From Balanoglossus misakiensis (taxonomy: Eukaryota > Animalia > Hemichordata), in contig CM082594.2 in assembly GCA_040954595.2 (NCBI GenBank), positions 5,441,319-5,505,318 of the forward strand: a stretch of 64,000 nucleotides of DNA, written 5' to 3'. Positions within the stretch are counted from its first letter, which is position 1. The number at the start of each line of letters is the position of its first letter. The position numbers were made by a program, and so were the translations under genes. Under the pieces are notes generated by a model. It was not told the origin of the DNA, ran no database searches, and worked only from the letters and a program-made list of their open reading frames with translations. This document shows positions 45,673-57,381 of the stretch, piece after piece.

Positions 45673-47286
45673 AACTTCACAGCAAAAAACAACTGGTGAG
45701 CCAGGCTATTACCACACTGTGCTTGAACTAACTATCATCATGGGCCACAAAGACATTTTTAATTGACTTTTGAATGTGGCTGGTTTGCCAATGACATTGT
45801 TTGCTCTTTCTGTTCTCAACGACAGTAGCAGATCCTGTGCAACAGTTGGCCAGATCCAAGTATTTATTATTAGAAGTTGAATGTGTTTGTATTTTTCAAT
45901 GAATTTTGTTGTGGGTCTTGGCTGAAATTTTTTCAAATTATCACAGTGTTTTGTGACTTCTGAGTCAGGTTCTTAACTTATGCCAGTCGAATATCCAAAT
46001 CATTGGAACTTTATAATATGCACTTAGCAGTATTGCTGGTGTAATTTATCACTTTTTTGGAATTAATAAAACACATGACATGTTTGTTCATGTGGCAGAT
46101 CACAAGCTATATTCCGTGAGTTTTTTCTTTGCTGTGCTCTTACGAATCACACACACACACACACTACCAAGGAGATCAGATGATTTCAAATTTGAAATGA
46201 CTGGATTATACTCTGATCTGATTCTGTGAATTTGCACAATAACCAGAGTTTCAGATCGATTATTATACTACAATCTCACAGAAAAAAAATGTCATGGCAA
46301 TAAATATAGCAGTGGAAATCATCAAGTCATGAAAGGGTGAATGATTTTTATTTATTGCATCTCAGATCATCAAAATAAGACAGCACATACAATCAATTAG
46401 TATTTCTCATTGAGAAAAGACTGACAAAAGATGTTTTGTTTCATAGCAGTTGTCATGACTGGGAATTGCGAATTCAATTCACTTTTAACCAAGAAATCAA
46501 ACAAAAAGTTTTAATGATACCATTACTTCAAAGTACTGCAAATTTCAAACTTTTTCACGAACAAATGAGTTTTCAACAAATATAATTTCGTTAAAATAAC
46601 TTTGACATCCCACTTTTCAATGCAATATTTCCAGCTGTGTCGAAAGCTCTGATCATTTCAAAAATCTCTGTAGCAGATACAATATCATATGAAAATCTAC
46701 CAATCTTGATCCTATAAATATATTCAATCCACATTTACAATCAATGTACCAGCTCATTTTGATCGCAACACATTCAAAACATTTCCGAAAATACTAGAAT
46801 GCTTTGCATACACAAAAGGCACGATATATATACATATAGGCAGACTAAATCTGAGATGTAGTGGCACTGAAATCAGACTGTTGCTTTGTAAACTGGTGCA
46901 TGTATTTAATACTCCTGGAACCGATATAACATAGATTTTTTTGATAACAGATATGATCAACTCAAGTAGGCAACTTCTATTTTCAACCAATGTCTGCACA
47001 TCAAATGTCTACTGTATAATTTTGGATTTTTAAAAATAAGAGCACAGACTGTAAGCTTTGAAGAGTAAATGCACAAAGAGATTAAAAGATGATGATAGAA
47101 AGTGATCGCAAAATTGCACTTGTGGCTGCTTCACTCTTGTGTATGTTGTACTTTATTGTACAAGCAAAAATATCGGAGGAAAAAGTCTTACGCAGACACA
47201 CGCATCTGACTTGCAGTCTCTCCTTTTCTGTTAGTCAAACAATGCTTGCCTCTAAGTAACATCAGCTATGCAATGTTACCTGTCTC

Positions 47287-47382
47287 TAACCCTACCACCC
47301 GCTTTTCCCATGTACATGGGTTCATCTTCACCACTGAAAACGATGGACTGTACCAAACAGCGGTGGATTTGGTGGGGTTCAA
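47287..47382. mobile_element. Diverged MITE copy in UBXN4 3'UTR
   Basis: taaccctaccacccg...gatggactgtaccaaacagcggtgg...ggggttcaa; weakly similar to the same family. Confidence 0.45.
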
Positions 47383-47393
47383 GTCACTCCACG

Positions 47394-50300
47394 TTACATC
47401 TGTTGCGTTGAGTTGCCGTTCCACGTTGCATTTTCGTCATCGTCCTCATCCTGCGTGGAAAGTCTGTGAATGTTGCCTTCTTGCCGTTGGCTGGTTGGCG
47501 CTGTCCTTCTCCTCATGTAGGAACTGAAACACCCAATGGAGAGTTCGTTTTAGAGAAGACAGCTGAAAATCTGCATCACCTTGGCAAGATGAAAATAGTC
47601 CATTTCATGCTGTTGTTTCTTGACTTTTAAAAGTTCCAAAACTACCATCGAAATCAATGGGTTTGGACTGAACCATAGTGGTAAAAGGGTTAACCAACCA
47701 TAATGAAAAGCAAAAATCACTAAGTTCCACTTTCCTACCTTTTCGGTCTGACTGGCCTGCTGCTACCATCCTCCTGGTCTGTAGAGGGCGCTGTTGGTGA
47801 CGGCTGTGGTGGGGACTGTTGCCGTGGCCTGGCTCCCTCGTTCGCCCTGTCTGCAGCACTGTCAGATTGTGGCGGCGGTGGTGAGGATGCGAAGATACTT
47901 AGAATGAAGCCCCATATCCACAGGAATGGCGCAAACAGGAGTGCGAAAATACCACCGTCGCCACTGGCAACGGTTTTCGGTCTCATAACAGATTTTGAAC
48001 CCTGCAAGAATCCAATATGGCCACTGTGAGAAATTCTGAAACATTCATTAAGGTAGTGAGTGCCTTGAGCGAAACATGAGAAAAAGTTTAAAACTTTCAA
48101 GGCGCATTCTACCTCAAATCAACATTATGCATATGAACTCTTTGAAAACTCTGTCAAGTTCCTTGCTTTTGAACTTACTGGTAGGACAATCAGAGATGAT
48201 GACGGCGCCAACTCAAGATCAAGGAGAGTCCGCTGCATGTCAGATTCAGAAAACTGTCGCCGTGGATACACAATAGACAACGTGAAGTTACCAAACTGAT
48301 TACCAACATGCTGAAAAGCAAAAAGGAAAAAGAGGTTATCTGTGAAACTTTTTCTTATTAAAGAAATAATCACAGAAACAAGTCAAACACCAAAGAGCAC
48401 TTTTTCCGATAAATTAAAGGGGTTTTAAGAAGTGTGTGTCTTAAATATTCATATTCTGCTTAGAATACTTACATCATACAAGAATTGCCAAGCCTCTGAC
48501 AGTTTAGATTCAGAGGGGAATGTATGCATGATGGAAGAGCCATCTGGTAGTTTGAACTGAATCCTTGTCAATTCCCTTTAGACAAGAAAACAAAAAAAGT
48601 AATTATTTCAAAAACCATCAATGTTATTCTGACAAGCCAGCAATCATGTGTTTGTACAGATTAAATATATGGTAAAAACAAAAGTCTTATGTAAGTACAC
48701 TGCCCTATGTCTATAACGAAAGCACCCACGCTCTGAGATAAAGCTTATACGCAACTTTCACATTGTTCATTAACTTCTACCAAAATACTTCAAGCAGAGT
48801 GGAAACGCATCAATAATTTGCAATCTGAAAGTTGTGTGTACGATAACTCAGAGGGCCGGCACTTCAGAAAGAAACAAAAAAATAACGTAATTGAACACTA
48901 GAGGGCAGTGTACTTACATCCTGAGCCTGATAGCCTCTTCTTGGGCCGCTTTCTCTGCGACTTCCTTGGCCTGCCTGGCAGCCGTTCTGGAAGATTCTTT
49001 CTGATCTTGTTCTGCCTTATACTTAGAGGCTTTCATTGCTCTGGCTGCAGCTACCTGTTCCTTTGTCTCCCTTATGGCTTTACTAGTATTTCATGATGAA
49101 AGTAAGATTGTAATCAGGGTTAAAAAAAATTTTGGAATGGAAAGGAAGAGACTGTCAGATTTATCGCACTCAAGATACAAATCCTTCTTTTCTCAAGAGA
49201 TCTACATGTATTATACAATGACCAATCATAATGTCACCGAGTTTTTATTCTACAACTGAAACCTATCAACTGGCAATAGGTGCATGCAAACATATACAAT
49301 TGTAATCTAACATGCTCTATCAATGCTGTGGTTAATACTCTTTTTATTGTTTTCATATGCAAAATGTAAACCTCTCCCTGTTGCCTGATGAAATAGATAA
49401 GTTGTAGGATATTACATACATATTAGCCTGGTACTGCTGTTGTTGGATTTCTTCTTGTTCAGCTCGTTTGGCTTCAATTTTAGCTGCCCTTGCTTGATCT
49501 CGCTCTTCTTTCTCTTTTTCGAATCTAGCTGCTCTGTCGGCGCGGTCCTGCGCTATCTGTTGCCGTATCCTCTCCTTGGCAGCCTTGTCTTCTGCCCTCT
49601 GTCTTTTCAGCTCATCCGCCAACTGCTTGGCCTCGTCTTCTTTCTTCTTCTGTTCGGAGAGCTGGACTTGTTGGCCCAGTTTCCTCCGTTCCATTTCTTT
49701 CCTGATCTCCTCCTGATAAAACAATGCACTTTTGCTTGCTTACTGTAGTTACAGTACAGTGCAGTGCAGTGCAGTGCAGTACAGTACAGTACAGTACAGT
49801 ACAGTACAGTACAGTACAGTACAGTACAGTACAGTACACTGTACAGTACACTGTACAGTACAGTACAGTACAGTACAACCTGAAAGTACACATCTAGTAT
49901 TATAACACACCATGCAGCGAACCCTCGATCGTGATTCGTCAATACGACGTCACGTGACCTTAGTCATTTCGAACTGTTGCCTTGGGCATCAGTTCGATCG
50001 GTTTGGTGTGTTATAAAACACATGATGGCTGACATATTCGGGCAACAGTGTATTTTTAATGACCTCGGGACTGCCAGCCACACCAAAACAGTCCGTTTTC
50101 CCTCGGGCTATGCCCTCGGGAAAACAAGACTGTTTTAGTTGTGACTAGCAGTGCCCTCGGTCATCAAAATACACTGTTGCCCTCATTGTCAGTCATCATG
50201 TGTATACTGTACAATATGACAAAGTGCTGGCAGTGTGACAAGCCGCTACAGTACAGATTTCATACAACCTTGCCAAATGTTACAGATCAGTAAGCATGCA

Positions 50301-51881
50301 AAATAGTTATCCAAACCAACCTGTTTTGCCTGTTCCGCTTTCATCTGGCGTTTCTCTTCTATTTTCTGCTTGGCCACGGCCACCCTGACATCCAGAGGTT
50401 CCTGCTGTGTGTCGTCTGACGTTGACGCCTGTGTTGCAGCAGGTACTGCACTGTCTTCACTAATGCTTGCTGTCGCTGCAGCGGCTGGTTGCTGCGACGA
50501 TGAAGCTGCATCGTCACTTGAGGCTGCTTCAAGGGACGCCTTGTGCATCTACATGTACAAAAAACAATGTAGGAAATAAACAGCAGACATAGTGCAGCAT
50601 TAGTACAAAAGAATAAGACATTGTTGAATAAGAAATTCCTGAAAATGCATCAGATTTTGCTTGCTTTTCTTTTCCAAACAAGTATTTAAATACAACTATT
50701 TACCTCTATGACTTTCTGAATTTTTGAAGTAAAATCATCCACAGACAAGTGGCCACCAGTCACTTCCAGTGGTATGCCATTGTTACCAATGAAAAATGTT
50801 GATGGAATACAAACAACAGGATCTGTAGGGTGGTGAAGCTAAGGAATAGCAACATGCCCAGTATCCAGCTTATTAATACAACCTTTATCATATATGTATG
50901 TAGTCAGTATTGTTATTGTGTAAAATTTGAATTCAAGCCTAAATTCTCCCATACATATACTTGGCTTGTCTTTCACCTCAGATTTTAAAGGATACAAATT
51001 GCCGAGAACTGCTGACATGATTCACTGGAATGAAAACAGAAAAATATATAAATTCAACACTGACAAAGGTAGCAATGGTGGTCTTCCCTTATAAAATCTG
51101 ATACACTGTCAAATAAACAGAAAACTGACTTAGATTTCATAAAACATAAATGTTATTCCCAAAAATAAGACATCATGAATAAAATGGTAACACAATGCAT
51201 TATTACCTTTTTGCATCCAGTTTCATAGCAACCATGTTGGCATCTTCACACAGTTTACTCACGCTTTCATTCTCCCAGGTCTCAGTCATTTCTTTGGAAA
51301 CATCGTCCTCACCTGTAAGTTGTATTTTTTAAAGTTTATACAACTACATTTTAGATGATAGGCGCCTTGTGGGTTGGGCCATTCAGTGGTTTGCTGCAGT
51401 ACTGTAGCTTGAGGTTTTGCCAGGGAGTGGTACTGCAGCAAATCAATGGCCTGAGTGGGATCATGTGTGCTATCACAGGCTCTGCATTCACACTGGCTGT
51501 GGCCTGATTCAATATTGTAAATAAGAAATATGTTGAATCAGGCCACAGCCAGTGTGAATCCAGAACCTTGTGTGTGCTACTGCATGCTGTAGGGTCAGAT
51601 TGCAACTTGATCCGTCGTGATCATGTCCAACTCGATGAGTTTGTTAGTTGGCTGTTTTCATATAACTTGTGGTGTAATTTCTATACTATCAACATTTAAC
51701 GAGACTAAAGAGATTGTACAGAATCCATGGGAACTGAAATGAGACATATTGCACGCATGATGATGATGCAGCGAAATCACTCGACTGTGTTCTGCGCACC
51801 TGAAATAAATATGACGAAAACTGCCTTCTTCTGCTTAGCCGTGGCGATAGCAGCTGGTATGGATCCTTCAAACCAACGCAT
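47394..51881 (-). CDS. UBXN4: UBX domain-containing protein 4 (erasin; ER p97/VCP adaptor), 11 exons including a possible cassette exon
   Basis: Minus-strand exons 51881-51800 (MRWFEGSIPAAIATAK), 51312-51207, 51024-50996, 50822-50704 (YPVVCIPSTFFIG..GIPLEV), 50548-50321, 49712-49420, 49082-48918, 48575-48473 (TRIQFKLPDGSS, UBX), 48310-48179 (LLDLELAPSSSLIVLP), 48001-47739 (hydrophobic hairpin), 47523-47394 (DENATWNGNSTQQM*, the characteristic C-terminus). Confidence 0.93.
47645..47693. mobile_element. Truncated MITE copy
   Basis: caatgggtttggactgaaccatagtggtaaaagggttaa matches the 3' half of the 55741 copy. Confidence 0.65.
49742..49877. repeat. (CAGTA/CAGTG)n pentanucleotide microsatellite in UBXN4 intron
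   Basis: Direct pentamer run; it explains the YCTVL ORFs. Confidence 0.96.
49900..50203. mobile_element. Non-autonomous foldback element (two adjacent palindromic modules) in UBXN4 intron
   Basis: ttataacacacca...tggtgtgttataa (49900-50016), followed by a ~185-bp imperfect palindrome 50018-50203 (acacatgatggctgaca...gggcaacagtgtatttt...ccctcgggctatgccctcggg...aaaatacactgttgccc...tgtcagtcatcatgtgt). CpG-rich within a CpG-poor intron. Confidence 0.75.
50823..50995 (-). other. U12-type (minor spliceosome) GT-AG intron in UBXN4
   Basis: 5' splice site GTATCCTTT; branch-site-like TTCCTTAGC ~15 nt upstream of the AG; flanking exons join in frame (FSAIY-PVVC). Confidence 0.85.
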
Positions 51882-52700
51882 CTTGTTTTCCTGGGTCGGA
51901 CGGCAACGATAATTATGCTAGAGTTCTCTCGGGTTCTGTTTACCAGTGCAGTTCTTCACACAGGCAACTTACAAGGCTATCCCGGAAGTCGGAAGTCAAC
52001 GTCGCAAATTAAACCGCACAGGCCTATGGGAAAATTAAGACACAGAAAACCAACCGCGTTAATTTATTTATGTTTTCCTTTTCAAAGTCACACATTTCCA
52101 GACTTGTTTGTTTTAAGATTTTGTTTTTTTTTAATATCCATAGCTAGACGATTCTGTGTTCATTTTGCGAGAATATATTTCTGCATTTGTGTATGCAGGT
52201 CATGACCTTTGCATAGCTGTTTCTACATCATAGGCTTGAGCTCTTGGATCCCAACAAAGATTCTTAGTTTCCCCATCTTTTATTTTCCACTTCTTTTCAA
52301 GTTATTGCTTTGGCTGGCCTTTCACAAGCCCATAGGTACATGTACACGAATGTGTTCGCAACAATTATTTTTAATGTTGCTGAAATGTTATAATGAAATA
52401 GACTTGAAGCAAGTCTTTTTTTATTCGAAGTGAGGAGTGTACCCCCTTCATGGAAACAATTTTTCCCCATTTTACATTCTACTTCCCGCACTGTATTATA
52501 TTTTACTTCAAGACTGACGAAACTGTTTGTGATTTGCAGGCATGGCTGGGCTCGAATCATCACGCTAGGATTTTTAAAAGAAAAACAAGCGAAGAAAGAC
52601 TTTTTTCCCCAAAAAGTCACTCTCTCATCATCTATAGAGGGCGCACTTTACACACTCGATCGATGAAGCTGGAAGTCAGCTCATCATAAAACCGGAAACT
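51882..52700. promoter_or_regulatory. Bidirectional promoter UBXN4 / STARD3
   Basis: Tandem ETS sites CCGGAAGTCGGAAGT at ~51982-51996 next to the UBXN4 start; ACCGGAAA at ~52690 before the CpG-rich putative STARD3 exon 1. Confidence 0.65.
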
Positions 52701-55700
52701 GATGCCAAGTTCAGCGAATTTCTCACACCAGATCTCACGTTTTACACCTGACATCATCCCGTGGAGTAACGTCGTTTGTCGAACCGGCTCACAGATTGTG
52801 GATAGATCGCTGCCTCTGTGTGTGGGTCAAGATTGTCGGAAGAACTGCAGTTCCTGTACCACGGCGTCCGTTGAGTGTTGCAGGTTAATTTGTTGAACTG
52901 ATTTCCGTCGGCGACCTATTTAATATTTGATGCCTGGGACCTGCTTTCAGTGTGGATGTTACTAGATCCGTAAAAAGTTATGTTTTCTGTCAATGCAACG
53001 GTAAGTGGTAATCAAAACGAGCTTGCAGACGGCGGGTTGACAGCCGATATGTCCTCTGTAATACACATAACATACCGGGTAACACTCATGACTCATAACA
53101 AAAACGTGATTCGTGTACATGTGTCTATTTAAATGACCATGACCATGGATCACGGAAACCCAGCGCGTCAGCAATACATCTAGTAACCAAAAGAGAACTT
53201 GACTTCCTGATCATACGAAAGGCGAAACCCATATATGAAAAAAAGAAAATCTGATTTCCACTGAGTGATTTGTGTCCTTTGAGAAGTATGTTTGGTTACC
53301 AGATCGAAAGTGATTTGCTGTTCGTTGCCATGGCATTGCTGTAGTCTGACACTTCCCAATAGACATTGAACTTTGGTCAGTACCAGAAATGTCAGGGGTA
53401 TATTCACACGTTCGTTAACCCATTACATAAGGCATTACATTACCTGCAGAATAACTGACGATTCAACATTTTTAGTGTGTAGAATGATTTTAACAAAAAA
53501 TGACCCAAATCATGACAAATTTGGTTAACCATGATTTTGTTGACACAAGTTGTCACCTGTAAACCTGTATACAGTAGGCAGAGATCTAGTCAATCTTAGA
53601 TTTTCACTTGGAAGAAACATGAAAAAACATGTTCATCAGACACACCCCCTTTAGTCACAAATGACCATAACACCTTTAAGTCACCAAACGTGTTATGTAA
53701 TTATAGCATATTTCATTTTGTCATGATTATAAAAAAAAAATAGAATTATAGCTAGTGTGTATAATTATGGTAAGAATGAAGGCCCAGCATCAGAATGAAG
53801 TCAAAAGACCTATGGTAGAACAGAACTTTCGTTTATCACAAAAGATCTGGCAAAAATGGTCATGGGGCTGACATGTTATCCTGATCAGCTAAGCCTAAAT
53901 GATAAGCATTTGATATGTTTCAAGCAGGAGCTAGCAGATCTGATAGTCTGAACTCTTGGGCTTGCAGTTGTACCATGACCCTACTATCTATGCCTGGACT
54001 TAGTGTCTCTTTTGTCGTCACTAGTAACAGTTATTTGACTTTGATCAGCGCTGACCTTGAACTTGTGTACAAGTTGAAAGTGAGGCTGAGCTAGCTGTTT
54101 GTTGGAGGGGGGGTACAAGGCCAAGGACAGGTGGATCTGAATAGGTTTTGCTAACTCTTGTTTCAAGGTACATGAACAGAATATACAGTTGATTAAACGT
54201 TTTGAAAAGTTACAAGCGCTTGCACGTTTAGACAAGACCACTATCACATTAAACTGAAACTTTGCACCATTATGCACATTTCAACATGAAGTATACAAAG
54301 AGACAAAAATATTGATATCCCTCATCTTACAATGATGGATGCTGAAATTAATTACTTGGTTTTAAAAGCAATTATTTTCTTGGTTTTATAATGTAAAAAA
54401 TGAAATTATACACCAGGCCTACAGTCCTGGAACATTATATTCAAGAAAATTAATACAGAGGACAGCAATAGGAACTTCGAACTGTAGTTTAACAGAATCT
54501 TTTACACTCGGTTGTCAGAAGATTTATGTATACAGTAAGCAGCACATGATCAGCGGTATGCATGTGCTTGTGCTCTTGACCTCACTGAATATTCATGAGT
54601 TTCCCCCATGAAGTCACATGACCACCACCAGCCCAGTCGCTAACGTTCATACGGTTCAGTGGGGTCACCTGGTTCAGATAAGCGGGACCGAGGGAGCTTC
54701 CGTCAAAACCAGAGACTGTAACCCACAACGATGACACTCGTGGTTAAATTTAGCGAATCATGACACCACATCGCAGGTACCTACCTTAGAGACTTCGATC
54801 CTGTACATGTACATTCACAGCCAACGATAAGTATGTGCAGCTGATCATTTTGTATCATGTCGGGGAGCCTCCGGTCATTGCTCTCTGCTCTCTCTTTCAC
54901 TTGTGTTTTCAGCCAACATGGCACGTTCGCACAGGGTTCTTGGACAGGGTCGCAGGTATCGCGACACGGAGTATGTGCCCCTAGTCGTAAGTTGCCATTT
55001 CATTGTCATTCTAACCCGGCTTTGTTCTTATCTTCCACTAACACCCGGTCTTGATTGCGTTTTCGAATCGACCGCATGTCATTCTCTTTCAAATTTCTAA
55101 CAGGCTGCGCACAAATAGACGCCTCCTTTTGTTGCCTGGTTTCCAGACTCTGCAGTGTGTCGGCTTGTGACCTGCAAACTGCTTTGTGTATGTAAATAGC
55201 TGCTTCATAGTGAACATGGCCTTCAACATTGTATAATCTTGAAAGCTGTCTGACTTAAGCGATCAATGCTGGGGACTCGGAGCTCTTAAATAACCTTGAC
55301 GTAAGAAAATTACAGTCAGAATTCAACAGTGCTGCTCGTAGCAGTTTGTTAAAAAAAAATAAAAAAAGGAACCAAAAATAACAAAAATGTATGATTTTTG
55401 TTTTTATCTTTAATGTTCCCAGGACACTTCTATTCTTAATACCCCACAGTTTCCTGCATTTGTAATATCTTTATATTTCACATTCTTTTGCGATCATATC
55501 CTCAGAATTCCAACTTGCGATCCTGGCTCCTGAGGACACTTGAAAACTAATTTAGGAATATCAAATATGATATACCAGTAATTATTTGTGTTTACAGTGT
55601 AAGGGGACCGGGTCTTTTTAATTATACGAACACACCATATACCATACGGTTTTTGACATTGGGTATTTTTGTGTGTATGTATTTGTGTGTCATTGTCTGT

Positions 55701-55740
55701 GTCCATATATACAGGTATATTAGAAAATCAGGCTTTCCTT

Positions 55741-55833
55741 TGAACCCTTTCACCCCCAGTTCCCTCTGTAGATGTCCAACCTTCCCTTAGAATACAATGA
55801 GTTTGGACTGAACCATGGTGGTGAAAGGGTTAA
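55741..55833. mobile_element. ~90-bp piggyBac-like MITE copy
   Basis: tgaa-CCCTTTCACCCCCAGTTCCCTCT...TTTGGACTGAACCATGGTGGTGAAAGGG-ttaa. Confidence 0.78.
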
Positions 55834-56982
55834 AGTACAATAATATTTTTTAAAATAAATTCATGTGACATCATATATTACTGTGATGTATGGGGCGTTA
55901 ACCGTTTTGGAAGTTCCGATGATGTACGTGTTTTTTATTGTTATTTTAGTGACGTTCCTTATTGTATACGTGTAATACAGCATTTTTTCTCAGTGCTAGT
56001 TTAAGACGTGATGTAATCGACATCGTGTGTTTATTACATGTTGGATTTCTATATCCCCTTTGAGTGTGAATGATTGCTCTGTACACAAGGTGTCATAAAG
56101 TAAATAAGGAAACAGGTCAGGGTGCTATATAAAATGAGAGCGTTAGGCCGCCATTATTCTAAGTATTATCCGGCTATGAATCAAAAATAGAATGTATAAG
56201 ATTAACTATACCAACTGCCCTATGACTGTCATCTGTAGTAGACACATAATAGGTATGTGTATTCATTTATAGCTGTAACATAACCCCAGGCAAAATAAAC
56301 CTCACAGATATGAAATAGTCACTTCCAGATTGTAAGTCTAGTCTACATTAGATAAAAGATATAATTTGACTAAAAACCTTGCCCTTAATTTCTCAGTGCG
56401 TAGGTCCAACCACAGTAGTCAAAATAAAAGGGGTTGAACAAATGAAGCTCAAAGGTTGAAACCACAGAATGAGTGCATGTCACTTGCTTTGCACAAGGTA
56501 AATGGTGACAAACTGAAAAAAACCTTGAGTAGATCAGAGAGATTGTCTCCTGCCTTTCTGCAAACTGCATGATATTATACAGTGTACTATGCAAATAGCC
56601 TGTTGTTGCATGATAAAACTGGATGAGTATCGTGTCAGAAGTTGTGAATTAAGCTTTCAACTCATCAGTTTGCCTGGGAAAGCTGCCTGTTACTTCATAC
56701 TATGGTCCAGCTGTGGTTACTTCAGTAGGCTGGTTTCTATAACACACACAGTAATGTGGTACACCTGGTTAATTTTACCAGGTGAATCCATAAACTGGAA
56801 TTATTACGTTTTGAGGCTTTCTGGAATTAGTTCCGTCTCGATGCACTTGTAGAGTAGATTGGTGTGATTTCTATAAAGGTGTAATATATTTTATGTGTTG
56901 TTGAGATTTGTGTGTGTATTTTAAAGTTATTAAAGAGTTGAATATGAATATTTCATCATCACACTGTTATAAACATCACTGT

Positions 56983-57036
56983 TATCATCATCACCACCAC
57001 CATCATCATCATCATCATCATCACCATCACCACCAC

Positions 57037-57067
<31 letters not shown>

Positions 57068-57093
57068 GTCGTCATCATCACCATCACCACCAC

Positions 57094-57124
<31 letters not shown>

Positions 57125-57128
57125 GTCG

Positions 57129-57172
<44 letters not shown>

Positions 57173-57256
57173 GTCGTCATCATCACCATCACCACCACCA
57201 TCATCATCATCACCATCGTCGTCATCACCATCTTCTTCATCATCATCATCATCATC
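56983..57256. repeat. (CAT/CAC/CGT)n trinucleotide microsatellite in STARD3 intron 1
   Basis: ~270-bp triplet run; it explains the poly-His and poly-Met ORFs. Confidence 0.97.
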
Positions 57257-57381
57257 AGCCTAGAAAATATCTTTATTCTTGTGTACACTAAAACATGCTT
57301 TCTTGCAAACTGGTTAGATATACCTGTACATTTATCAGAAAATGATGCTGATGCTATGTTGTACTTTGACAGGGGGAAGAT

